Assembly (NCBI GenBank): GCA_048938105.1
Contig: JBHLMN010000011.1
Span: forward strand, 64,001 to 128,000
Source of the DNA: Promethearchaeota archaeon
GTDB taxonomy: Archaea > Asgardarchaeota > Heimdallarchaeia > Hodarchaeales > Hodarchaeaceae
DNA length: 64,000 bases
Direction: 5' to 3'
Part shown: one piece after another, positions 27,524-39,353 of the stretch
Layout of the letters: each line of letters starts with the position of its first letter
Position numbering within the stretch: position 1 is the stretch's first letter
Program-made: the position numbers and the translations under genes
Notes under the pieces: model-generated
The model's input: the letters and a program-made list of their open reading frames with translations, nothing else
Databases searched by the model: none
Told to the model about the DNA's origin: nothing

Positions 27524-30523
27524 CTATCTTTCAAATTTCCATTCAGGTTTAACTATTATCCCTTCTCTCTTCCGTCCGTCAATCATAACCAGAAGAGGAT
27601 CTTTAGTCCTGATATGGCGAATGAATTCAGTCTCTATTACTATATTTTTCTGACTGTTTAACCAATCCCAATCAATGAAGTCTTTTTTTGAATTATACTT
27701 TATAAAAAAGTATCCAATGTTGGCTGTGGTGATATTTTGAAAGAAATGACTTCCCTGAGAGTGTTCTACATGAAAATCTGCCAATCCAGTTTCAATCAAA
27801 ACTTGGGCTCCCGAGATATGGTTCCATTTCACAGGAATCCCCAAAAAACGATCAAAGGTTCCCCAACGACCAAATCCTAACAGGATGTAAGGAACTTTTT
27901 GGTTTCGAAGACGCTGATTTATTCGATCGATTTCTCTAACCATTTGTTGAGTTTTCATTTTATCAAAAGATTCGGGTTTAACATAGACAATATCATGAAT
28001 GTCTTTTATGATACGATTGCCAGAGATTTGTGATGAAAATGCTAACAGCTCGCTCTTGGGAACTGAAATGACTTCTTCACTCAATAATTCGTCTTGTTCG
28101 ATAAATGGCCGTATCTGTAAGAGATAAAAAGTAGTTCTTTTTTTAGGAATGAGTTGGAAATTACCTGCAAATTCAATTTCCACACTACAACCCATCGCTT
28201 TCTCTCCAAGCCCTAGGATTTTGGATATTGTTGTAGCAAAAGGGAATGTTCCATATCTCAACTGTTTACTGAAAGTTACAACAGGAGCACCTTCCCCCAT
28301 ATACCCGCTTCTGAGTGCTCGATCATTGTAATCATAAGTGTCCACAACTTCAGATAATAACTCTCTATCAGCTTCAAAAATGCTAGTTTTTACCAAAAAG
28401 GAATCTTCACCTTCAGTAATATCAGTTGCTGTTGATGCTAGATCTATTGCAAAGAAATCTTTTTGGCTATTATCTAATAATTGGTCATGAGTTGAGTAAA
28501 AACTTATTTCAGGATATTTAGGGCAAAATCGAAGAGCAATACCACCATCTACAATAGTTTTTCCCAACCCAACTGCAAGAAAGGCAATTCGGTCAGTAGG
28601 TTTCATATAAGAAATTGGGTAGTAATTATAGGAGGAGGCGACTCCTGAAAAAGAGGGATAAGACAAATCTCTAGGATGTTTTCTCCCTACTACCTGTTGA
28701 ATAACCACTGCCATTTTCGATTCTTCAATAGATTGATCTGTGGTTTCAGCATAACTTTTAGCCTTTTTCAAGAAAGATGAAGCAAAAACTAACTTGATTG
28801 CATCACAGAGTAATTTCACTCTTGTATCCATATCTTGGTTATTAGGTAAAAAATATGTTTCAAATATACCTGCGAAAGGTTGATATTGAGAATCTTCCAA
28901 CAAACTTGAAGATCGTACAGACAGTGGGCCTGTAAGTGTCTGTAAAATATATCTTAAATCGTTTTCTAGACTTTTAGAGATCTTTGCTTTTAAAAAACTC
29001 TCTTTAATATCTTTGTCAGGAGCATCAGAAAGAGCTATATCATAGAGCTCATCGTTCTTTTGCATAAAAAGATCAAATTCACTTGTTCCTATTACAAATG
29101 TCTTAGGAATGCGAATATCGACATCAAGAGAAAGTTCATCTGCAAGCAGAAATGTGTTTAGGAGAAATTGTAAAAAGGCAATTCCACGACCTTTTCCTCC
29201 CAATGAACCTGGTCTCAACCGAGTAAATCGAATTGCAGGATGGTGACTTTCTCTATCCCAATCATGTACAACACCACCTGATTTTTCAACGAGGATAGCG
29301 TTTATCGAGTCGAGAAGGAATTGTCGTAAACCTTCCTCTGTCATATCAGTGACTTTCACAGGTTTAATCTTTTGAGCAATAGCAAACTCTGCTCGATTCA
29401 TTAACCAGCCAGAAAAATGATCATGTGATCCATGATGAATTAAAGACTCATTAGGCACTACAGAAATAGCTTGATACAACTCCATAATATTTTTTGCCCG
29501 ACCAACGACAGTTCCATCAGCTAATCGAAAAACAAAGTCACCAAAGCCTAGGTATCTCAACATAAATTGTCTTAGATTTTGTAGAAGACGTCTTGCTTTC
29601 TTATGGATGAAATATGCTCCTAGTTCCTCAGCTCGTTGTATGTTCTTAAGTTCACTTGATTGCAATGCACAAGGAAGGGTTAAATTGTTTGTTTTCACCT
29701 CCTTAATGAAATCTAAACCTGCATTTTTATCAACCTTCCCACCTCTGGGAAATCTAACATCAGAGATCACACCTATGACATATCTTTTGTATGTTTGATA
29801 ATATTTCATGGCTTCTTCATAGGTGCAGGCTAAGAGGATTTTTGGTCTTGCTCGCATTTGTAATAAGTTGTAGAAATCATTTATACCAGATGAAATCAAC
29901 CGATGTGTTTGCTTCATGAGTTCACTGTATATTAAAGGTAAAAAGAGTGAATAATAACGGATAGAATCCTCAACAACGATGATCACACGAACAAGACCTA
30001 CTTCGGTATCATGTGCTACATTAAGCCGATCTTCTAAGTGTTTTATTATCGCTACGAATACTGTGGAATCTCCATTCCACAAAAAAATTTGGTCTATTCC
30101 TTGTCTTTTTGATAGAGGTGGTAAATATGGGATGATACTAGCATTGTTTAATAAAAGAATGACTGGTATATCTCGGATCTTTTTAATATTTTGTCCAAAA
30201 GCAAAGGCATCGACATCACCTAGACGCCTCATAGTAATAATTAAGTCAAATTCTTTTTCTTTCACTAATTTTAACGCTTCTTTGGCTGAAGCGACTCGTG
30301 TGATACTTGGTAATGTCCGAAGATTCAAATTATGGAATTCTTCAAATATTTGATCAGAAAGCCTCCCATCTTCCTCTAAGATGAAATTATCATAATAACT
30401 TGAAACAAGAAGCACTTTATTAATCCTTTTAGTCATTAAATCATGAAAGACACGATATTTTGGTTTATAATCAAGACTTAAATCATCTTCATCAATTATA
30501 TTAAGGGGAGTAGATTTAGTCAT
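27524..30523 (-). CDS. Receiver-domain / PEP-pyruvate-binding (PPDK_N) fusion protein
   Basis: Two REC-like segments (VIIVVEDS..GVISDVRFP); GSLGGKGRG, VRSSSLLEDSQYQPFAG, MAVVIQQVVG, GLGKTIVDG, VEIEFA and LLQIRP motifs. Confidence 0.88.
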   Translation of the reverse strand: MTKSTPLNIIDEDDLSLDYKPKYRVFHDLMTKRINKVLLVSSYYDNFILEEDGRLSDQIFEEFHNLNLRTLPSITRVASAKEALKLVKEKEFDLIITMRRLGDVDAFAFGQNIKKIRDIPVILLLNNASIIPYLPPLSKRQGIDQIFLWNGDSTVFVAIIKHLEDRLNVAHDTEVGLVRVIIVVEDSIRYYSLFLPLIYSELMKQTHRLISSGINDFYNLLQMRARPKILLACTYEEAMKYYQTYKRYVIGVISDVRFPRGGKVDKNAGLDFIKEVKTNNLTLPCALQSSELKNIQRAEELGAYFIHKKARRLLQNLRQFMLRYLGFGDFVFRLADGTVVGRAKNIMELYQAISVVPNESLIHHGSHDHFSGWLMNRAEFAIAQKIKPVKVTDMTEEGLRQFLLDSINAILVEKSGGVVHDWDRESHHPAIRFTRLRPGSLGGKGRGIAFLQFLLNTFLLADELSLDVDIRIPKTFVIGTSEFDLFMQKNDELYDIALSDAPDKDIKESFLKAKISKSLENDLRYILQTLTGPLSVRSSSLLEDSQYQPFAGIFETYFLPNNQDMDTRVKLLCDAIKLVFASSFLKKAKSYAETTDQSIEESKMAVVIQQVVGRKHPRDLSYPSFSGVASSYNYYPISYMKPTDRIAFLAVGLGKTIVDGGIALRFCPKYPEISFYSTHDQLLDNSQKDFFAIDLASTATDITEGEDSFLVKTSIFEADRELLSEVVDTYDYNDRALRSGYMGEGAPVVTFSKQLRYGTFPFATTISKILGLGEKAMGCSVEIEFAGNFQLIPKKRTTFYLLQIRPFIEQDELLSEEVISVPKSELLAFSSQISGNRIIKDIHDIVYVKPESFDKMKTQQMVREIDRINQRLRNQKVPYILLGFGRWGTFDRFLGIPVKWNHISGAQVLIETGLADFHVEHSQGSHFFQNITTANIGYFFIKYNSKKDFIDWDWLNSQKNIVIETEFIRHIRTKDPLLVMIDGRKREGIIVKPEWKFER

Positions 30524-30898
30524 TCTTTCTCAGTACTTTCACAAAATTTTCACCTTGAAAAAGTTTCGTTGTTTGTTTTTTATTACTCTAATTATAAATC
30601 TAAAATCCGCTACTATCCTCTTTTTCTTTAGATTGGTTTGGAAAAGAGCCTTTTAAATTTAAAAAAGATAAATTTCTGATTAAATTTAGTACTGTCTATC
30701 AAAAATTTCATTAAATGCGTTGTACTTTCCTGTTCATATCTTTAAGCCGATTACTCATAGATTTAACATCTTTATATTATCAATAGAGCGAAATAATTCC
30801 TTCCATAGTATTAAAAAAAAGACTCCTAATTGCACAATTCCTAACAGATAAGGTACTTAAACGTCTGTTGTTGACTTATTACGTAAAATAATTCATAA

Positions 30899-32278
<1,380 letters not shown>

Positions 32279-32299
32279 ATTTTTCCTGTGAATGTATTG

Positions 32300-32354
32300 A
32301 AGAGAAAAGATACAGACACCCCTCTTTTTTTCTTCCTTTCTCTCTATTTATTTT
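32300..32354 (+). terminator. T-rich terminator after gdhA
   Basis: AAGAGAAAAGA..TCTTTTTTTCTT pyrimidine tract between convergent genes. Confidence 0.5.
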
Positions 32355-34271
32355 CTAAGATGAGATCAATTCTCTGGGAAAACGGAGCTCAAAGACATTT
32401 CCTTGGGGGTTAGCTGACCGAATTTTCAACAAGCCCCCATAATATTGCATGATGACTGAAGCAAGAGCAATCCCAATATTATGACCAATAATTTCCCATT
32501 CATCCGTGATTGTCCCAGAGAGTTTTAAAATTATTTCTTGTGGTAATGGTTCTGAACACCAATCGCTAATATAAACACAGTAAAATGATGGGAAATAAGA
32601 TCCTGTAATATTGATATTCTTTTCAATACTTATGATTTCATCATAAGAACTCAAGATAAACGTTAATATTTCATTAATTACATCTTTGAAACGTGTATCG
32701 ATAAATGCTCTTGCATCAAGAGTCTTCTTGTTAATATTGATAAACTTGGAAGCTGCTGGTAATTCTAAAACAACTTCATTAATCATATTGAGAAGTTTAA
32801 CGCTATCTTTTGGTTGATTAAAAGGAGTTTGAAGAACTTCAAAGATTTTATTCACTGTATCAATAGTTTTAGATGAGTTAGAAGCGATGGTAATGATTTG
32901 ATTTATTATATTGTTATCCAGTTCGAGGTTGGACTCGTACATTAATGATAGTAATTCTATATTATTGATAATCTTTTGCATGTCATTATTTATGAAATGA
33001 GACATCATTGCATGATATCGTTCCTCTTCCAGTTTTAGTTGCCTTAGTGCCTCTTCAGCCTGTTTCCGTTCAGTGATATTACGTGCAATACCCAACATAC
33101 CTACAAGTTTCCCATCTTCGCTAACCTGAACTGAAGCTTTTATTTCTACTGTTATATAATTACCTGACTTAGTTAAAAGTCGCATTTCAGCTGGAGACAA
33201 CCGATCACCTTTCAAGACACGTCTAAATCCATCTATTATAATGGGAAGATCACCTTCATGCACTAAAGGTGAGAATGGTTTTCCAATCCACTCATTTTGA
33301 GCAAAACCTGTAATTGATTCCACTATAGGATTAATAGAAGTAAGAATGCCATCAGGAGAGATTGTAAAAATAATGTCACGAGCATTCTCTACATAACTCC
33401 GATACCGCTCCTCTGACTCACGTAATTTTTGTTCAATGGCCTTACGTTGAGTAATATCTGTAAAAACGGATAAAACTCCTTCAAATTCTTCTTTAGGAGA
33501 AAAAATAGGGGTCGCTGTTATGATCACTGGAATATGGCTACCATCTTTCGCTAATAAGCTTGCCTCATAGGTTGTTCTGTATCCCTTAGGACGCTTAGCT
33601 GTTTCATTATATATCTGGTCAATATATTCGCTCGGGACGATGCTTGACCAATGTTTTCCTATTAATTCCTCTTTCGTATAACCTAGTAGTTTGCCAGTCT
33701 TTGGATTTATAAAGGATATGAACCCTTTTGCATCTTCTAATAGAACTCCCTCTTCTAGCTTTTCAACAAGCATTTGATATTTCTCTTTGGACTCTCTTAA
33801 CTCCTCTTCGGCTTTTTTGTGCTTACTAATATCACGTATGATCGCGAGGTCAGCTTGTTTGCCCTGATATGGGATAATACCAGCATTTATTTCAACTTCT
33901 ATCACTCTATCATTTTTCAATAAAAAAGTGGTTTCGTATATCGGTGAGATACTCTGCCCAGCCATACGTTGTTCGTATCGATTCACAACTTCAGAACGAA
34001 AATCTGGATGAATATAATCCATGAATGGAGTATCAAGCAGTTCATCAGCAGTATAACCTGTAATTTTAACTAACCCTGGATTAACATACTTTATTAATGA
34101 ATCTTGAATTAAAGCAATACCATCGTTCGCTCGTTCGACTAAATTTCGATACTTTTCCTCTGATTCTCTCAATTCATGTTCAATTTGGTTAATACTTTTG
34201 ATTTTTCTCTGAATTGCATCTTTCACATCCCTAGGAATATCCTGCCTATTAAACAATTCCTCAAATTCCAT
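32355..34271 (-). CDS. 3-PAS sensor protein with degenerate histidine-kinase-like C-terminus
   Basis: Three EKY...(D/N)I(T/S)xxK PAS-PAC units; H-box-like SHFINND; degenerate HATPase 'GHNIGIAL..GNVFELRFP'. Confidence 0.85.
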   Translation of the reverse strand: MEFEELFNRQDIPRDVKDAIQRKIKSINQIEHELRESEEKYRNLVERANDGIALIQDSLIKYVNPGLVKITGYTADELLDTPFMDYIHPDFRSEVVNRYEQRMAGQSISPIYETTFLLKNDRVIEVEINAGIIPYQGKQADLAIIRDISKHKKAEEELRESKEKYQMLVEKLEEGVLLEDAKGFISFINPKTGKLLGYTKEELIGKHWSSIVPSEYIDQIYNETAKRPKGYRTTYEASLLAKDGSHIPVIITATPIFSPKEEFEGVLSVFTDITQRKAIEQKLRESEERYRSYVENARDIIFTISPDGILTSINPIVESITGFAQNEWIGKPFSPLVHEGDLPIIIDGFRRVLKGDRLSPAEMRLLTKSGNYITVEIKASVQVSEDGKLVGMLGIARNITERKQAEEALRQLKLEEERYHAMMSHFINNDMQKIINNIELLSLMYESNLELDNNIINQIITIASNSSKTIDTVNKIFEVLQTPFNQPKDSVKLLNMINEVVLELPAASKFININKKTLDARAFIDTRFKDVINEILTFILSSYDEIISIEKNINITGSYFPSFYCVYISDWCSEPLPQEIILKLSGTITDEWEIIGHNIGIALASVIMQYYGGLLKIRSANPQGNVFELRFPRELISS

Positions 34272-34503
34272 TAAAATCCACTGTCAATGATAATTTTTCT
34301 TATTAGCTCAGATAAACCTGATTCAATTCAGAGATTTAAATTTACTCAAATGATTCTACTAATTTTTTACAGATTAATAAAAATACAAGCTAGAATTCGT
34401 TCTTTTCCATTAACTCTAGAATTTCTAAAGGTTATTTTAAATGAAAATATTTCTGATTTTGAAATGAAAAAATTCTTGTTTATTGTTACTGATATTATCG
34501 AAT

Positions 34504-37500
34504 CTATTCCTTGTTAATATTACTTGAACCTTCGATTAATTTAAGCGGAAAGAGAAGATTGAACTCATTTCCCTTAGGATCTTGGGCATGGATTTCAAGT
34601 GATCCACCATAATATTGCATGATGACGGAAGCTAGAGCAATCCCAATATTATGGCCAATAATTTCCCATTCATCAGTAATTGTCCCTGAGAGTTTTGAAA
34701 CTATTTCTTGTGGTAAGGGTTCAGAACAACAATCGCTAATGAGAACACAGAAGGAGGTAGAGAGAAAGTACCCCTCAATATTGATACTTGTACTGATATT
34801 TACAGAATCATGATAGAAACTCAAAATAAAGAATAATATCTCATTAAAAACGTCTTTAAGATGATTATCAGTAAATATTGATACACCAAGGCTGCTTTTG
34901 CTAATATTGACAAGTTTGGAAAAATTTGATAATGCAGAGACAACTTCATTGATAATATTGAATAAAGGTTGACTTTCACTAGGCCGAATAAATGGAGACT
35001 GAAGAATTTCATAAATATTGTTAACTGTATCAATGGTTTTTGATGAACCAGAAGCAATGGTAATAACATTATTTACGATTTGTGGATCAAGCTCTAATTT
35101 GGATTCATACATTAAAGAAAGTAATTCTACGTTATTGATGATCTTCTGCATGTCATTATTTATGAAATGAGACATCATTGCATGGTATCGCTCTTCTTCC
35201 AATTTTACTTGGCGTAATGCCTGTTCTGCTTGTTTACGTTCAGTAATATCACGCACGATCCCTTGAATGACCTTTTTACCTCTGATCTCAAAAAGACTTG
35301 ATGACACCTCAGCTGGAAACACCTCACCACCTTTTTTAATGAAGTCGATCTCAAAATTCACAAATCCCTCTTTTGAGATTGTTTTAAAAGCCCAATCCGA
35401 TGTTTCGATTGATTCAGCAGGATGCAGGCTAGGAATTGAAATCAAAATTAATTCCGATTTCGTATATCCGAAAAGTTCCAATGTTTTCTCATTGATATCT
35501 ATTATATTACCATCTAAGTCATGTAAAAATATTGCATCATTAGAATAATGGAAAAGGTTACTATATTTCTCCTCACTTTGTTGTAACTCCTCCTCTACTC
35601 GCTTACGTTCTGTGATATCAGTAGATAATACAAGAACTCCTTGGTACTCTCCAGTACTTGAAAAAATTGGTGCTGCTGAAACTATAACTGGTATAATTGT
35701 TCCATCTTTTGCTAGGATGTTGCTTTCATAAGTACTACTGATTCCTTTGGAACGTTTTGCAGTCTCCATATAGGATTGATCCAGGTCATCCTCAGGAACT
35801 ATAAAACTCCAATGCTTACCTATTAGTTCGTCTTCAGTATAACCTAATGTTTCCAATGTTTTAGGATTAGCAAAAGTAATAAATCCATCAGGGTCTTCTA
35901 CCGTGAGTCCCTCTTCTAGCTTTTCGACAAGATTTTGATATTTCTCTCTTTCATCACTCAAAGCTTTCTCTATCTCTGCACGTTCTGTAACATCACGAAC
36001 TATACCCCGAAACCCAATAATTTCACCTTCAAAATTATGCATTGGAGAAATAGACGCTTCACTGACTCCCCTTGTACCATCTTTTCTAATAAATCCAAAA
36101 TCAAAGATTCTAGCAGTTTCTCCTGTTCGATAGACTGTATTAAAGGTTTTAAATACCATTCTGGCTGTCTGTTTATCCATATACTGCTGGTAATTCATAC
36201 CTAACAATTCAACATTTGAAAAACCTAAAATTTTGCAAAGTGAATCATTGAAAAAAGTGAAATTCCCTGAGATATCCACCTCATAATATCCTTCTTCGAC
36301 TGTCTCTAAGATTGTACGATATTTTTCGGCAGTTTCCTGCAATTGCTTCTCAACAAATTTACGTTCAGTAATATCTGTAAACACAGTAAGGACCCCATCG
36401 AATTCTCCACTGGGAGAGAGAACAGGAGTCGCTGTGACAATTACGGGGACATGACGCCCATCTTTTGTTAGATTACAAACTTCATAAGTACTACTGACTC
36501 CTTTGGGGCGCTTTGCAGTCTCAACTTTCACTTGGTCAATATATTCTTTTGGTACAATGTAACTCCAATGTTTTCCTATTAGTTCCTCTTCAGTATAGCC
36601 CAATAATTCGGCTATTCTAGGATTTACAAAGGTAAATACCCCTCGGCGATCTTCTAAGGCCACTCCTTCCTGTAATTTCTCCACAAGCATTTGATATTTA
36701 TTTTTAGACTCCTTTAATGCCCTTTCAGTCTGTTTACGCTCAGTAATGTCGATTAATGTGACTAAAGCCGCTGTTTTACCCAAGAAAGTAATTGTTTTCG
36801 AAAAATTATCGACCCATTTTAACTGCCCACTTTTTGTTATTAATTTATAAGAATAATTGGTTACAATTTCTTTTTCTCCTAACTGTTTCTTTCGTCCCTG
36901 TTCCGTCACAAAAGGTCTATCATCAGGATGAACCACTTTTGCTGATTCACCTGGTTTCCAATTAAGTATTTCATCTATTGAATATTCAAAAATATCTGCT
37001 AATGCCTGATTTGCGTATTTTATTACATCATCTTGGAGAATACATACTCCCATCATGGTTCGTTCAGACATTACCCTAAACTTATGTTCGCTCTCTTTTA
37101 ATGCTTCTTCTGTTTTCTTCCGCTCAGTTATATCTCTCACTATACTAATGAAAGCAAAAGGATTCCCATCTACATCAGTTATTAACGCTGCACTCAATTC
37201 TGCAGGATAGATAGTTCCATCAAGTTTCATTAACCTATATTCGTAGTTAGAAATAATTCCTCCCTGTAATGCCTTTTGAAAATTATCAATTACACGGTTT
37301 CGATCCTTTAGTGCAATTAACTCCATTATGTTTTTCCCAATTAATTCTTCAGCGATACTAGCACTACTCAATTTAACAGCTTGTTGATTAACTGCAATAA
37401 TATTGAAATTTAGATCAGTCAAAGTGATAGCATCAGGAGAAAGCTCAATTAACCTCCTATAACGGGCTTCACTCTCCCGTAGTGCTTGTTCCACCTCTTG

Positions 37501-39087
37501 ACGTTCGGTTATATCTCTTACAATCCCTCGAAATCCGGTGGGGGCACCTTCAGGATCGGTTACTAAAGAAACTGACGCCTCACAGATCCTTCTAGATCCA
37601 TCCTTTCTAATACTCTCATAAGCGAAAATTTTTGTGGATTCACCTGTTTGATATACCTTATTAAAGTTTTTATATACCATTTTGGCAGTTTCTTCATCTG
37701 TATACTCTCGGTTATTCATCCCCATTAATTCTTCCCTAGAATACCCATAAATTTTACACATAGCATCATTGAAGAAAGTTAAATTTCCAGAAAGATCCAC
37801 CTCATAATAGCCATCTTCTATGTTCTCTAGAATTGTCCGATACTTTTCTTCACTTTCTCGTAACGCATATTCTATCTGTTTACGCTCAGATATATCACGA
37901 ATAATACCCCGAAATCCAACACGTTCATCCTTGGAATCATATATTAAAGAAACTGATGCCTCAATGTATCCTCTGCTCCCATCTTTTCTGATAAACTCCC
38001 AATTAAACTCTTTTGACGGTTTACCTGTTCGATAAACTTCATTGAAAGCTTTGAATACCTTTGAGGCGGTTTTATCATCACAATATTGCTTGTAACTCAT
38101 TCCCATAATTTCTTGTTGGGAATAACCAAAAATAGTACAAAGCGAATCATTGAAGAAAGTAAAACGCCCCGTAAGATCCACCTCATAATATCCCTCTTCG
38201 ATGTTTTCAAGAATTGTACGGTGCTTTTCTTCACTTTCTCGTAATGCTTGTTCAACTTGTTTGCGTTCAGTAATATCACGTATGATCGCGAGGTCAGCTT
38301 GTTTACCTTGGTAAGAGATAACTCCAGCGTTAACTTCAACTTCCAATATCTTATCATCTTTCAGTAATAATTTTGTTTCATAAATTGGTGGAACACTTTG
38401 ACCAGCCATACGTCGCTCGTAGCGATTAATAACATCAGAAAGAACATCGGGGTGAATATAGTTCATAATTGGAGTGTCAATTAGTTCCTGCTTTGTAAAA
38501 CCAGTTAATTTAGCTAAACTTGGATTAATATACTTTATTAAGGAGTCCTGAACTATCGCAATACCATCATTCGCTCGTTCAACTAAGTTTCGATATTTCT
38601 CTTCTGACTCCTGTAAAGCATTCATTGTTTGTTTGTAAGCAGTGATATCTCTGATAATAGTAACAACACGGATAACTTTTCCCTCATCAATAATTGGGAT
38701 CTTTCGTGTTTCAGTAATAAATTCTTCATCACCGATTGTAGTACCTTCCTCAGTGACGAGATATTCGCCAGTATTAAAAACGTGCTTATATTCACTAATG
38801 ACCTTTTCTGATAAGAAAGGGAAAACGTCAGTAATTCTCTGACCTATTACATCTCCTGGTAGGCCCAATTCTTCATTCCATTGCTCGAAAACTGTGTTAA
38901 AAAGCAAAAAACGCAAGTCAGGATTAACAACATGTATTGCATCCCCCATCGAATCAAGCGTTTGACGTAATTGCTGTCCTATTTCATATTCTTCTTGAAT
39001 ATGCTTTTGTTTGACTAAATAGCTCTGGATAGCTTCTTTCACATCTGTAGGAACATCTGGCCTATCAAGAATTGTTTTTAATTGCAT
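34504..39087 (-). CDS. 10-PAS sensor protein with degenerate histidine-kinase-like C-terminus
   Basis: Ten PAS-PAC units ending in DI(T/S)ER-like motifs; same C-terminal module as the neighbouring paralog. Confidence 0.88.
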   Translation of the reverse strand: MQLKTILDRPDVPTDVKEAIQSYLVKQKHIQEEYEIGQQLRQTLDSMGDAIHVVNPDLRFLLFNTVFEQWNEELGLPGDVIGQRITDVFPFLSEKVISEYKHVFNTGEYLVTEEGTTIGDEEFITETRKIPIIDEGKVIRVVTIIRDITAYKQTMNALQESEEKYRNLVERANDGIAIVQDSLIKYINPSLAKLTGFTKQELIDTPIMNYIHPDVLSDVINRYERRMAGQSVPPIYETKLLLKDDKILEVEVNAGVISYQGKQADLAIIRDITERKQVEQALRESEEKHRTILENIEEGYYEVDLTGRFTFFNDSLCTIFGYSQQEIMGMSYKQYCDDKTASKVFKAFNEVYRTGKPSKEFNWEFIRKDGSRGYIEASVSLIYDSKDERVGFRGIIRDISERKQIEYALRESEEKYRTILENIEDGYYEVDLSGNLTFFNDAMCKIYGYSREELMGMNNREYTDEETAKMVYKNFNKVYQTGESTKIFAYESIRKDGSRRICEASVSLVTDPEGAPTGFRGIVRDITERQEVEQALRESEARYRRLIELSPDAITLTDLNFNIIAVNQQAVKLSSASIAEELIGKNIMELIALKDRNRVIDNFQKALQGGIISNYEYRLMKLDGTIYPAELSAALITDVDGNPFAFISIVRDITERKKTEEALKESEHKFRVMSERTMMGVCILQDDVIKYANQALADIFEYSIDEILNWKPGESAKVVHPDDRPFVTEQGRKKQLGEKEIVTNYSYKLITKSGQLKWVDNFSKTITFLGKTAALVTLIDITERKQTERALKESKNKYQMLVEKLQEGVALEDRRGVFTFVNPRIAELLGYTEEELIGKHWSYIVPKEYIDQVKVETAKRPKGVSSTYEVCNLTKDGRHVPVIVTATPVLSPSGEFDGVLTVFTDITERKFVEKQLQETAEKYRTILETVEEGYYEVDISGNFTFFNDSLCKILGFSNVELLGMNYQQYMDKQTARMVFKTFNTVYRTGETARIFDFGFIRKDGTRGVSEASISPMHNFEGEIIGFRGIVRDVTERAEIEKALSDEREKYQNLVEKLEEGLTVEDPDGFITFANPKTLETLGYTEDELIGKHWSFIVPEDDLDQSYMETAKRSKGISSTYESNILAKDGTIIPVIVSAAPIFSSTGEYQGVLVLSTDITERKRVEEELQQSEEKYSNLFHYSNDAIFLHDLDGNIIDINEKTLELFGYTKSELILISIPSLHPAESIETSDWAFKTISKEGFVNFEIDFIKKGGEVFPAEVSSSLFEIRGKKVIQGIVRDITERKQAEQALRQVKLEEERYHAMMSHFINNDMQKIINNVELLSLMYESKLELDPQIVNNVITIASGSSKTIDTVNNIYEILQSPFIRPSESQPLFNIINEVVSALSNFSKLVNISKSSLGVSIFTDNHLKDVFNEILFFILSFYHDSVNISTSINIEGYFLSTSFCVLISDCCSEPLPQEIVSKLSGTITDEWEIIGHNIGIALASVIMQYYGGSLEIHAQDPKGNEFNLLFPLKLIEGSSNINKE

Positions 39088-39353
39088 TTCTACTCACTGA
39101 AAGTTGAGCTTTTCTCTATTTAGTATTTATTATAACATGATTATTATATGGTTTTTCTATTAGAATTTTCTTTATCTTCGACCAAAATTAGTAAATTTAA
39201 GTCTAATATTTCCCTAATCTTCAATCATTACTTTGATATTTCAAAACAAAACATTCTAACAACAGATAATTACCATATTATACCATAAAATTGAAATATT
39301 AAAGTAAAAAGTACATATTTAATGTGAGACAATTCGTAGAGTTATGATGGAAG

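Noticed and set aside
27524-30523. Annotation as a true PEP synthase (ppsA)
   Set aside because: No phospho-His domain motif or C-terminal PEP/pyruvate barrel was recognised.
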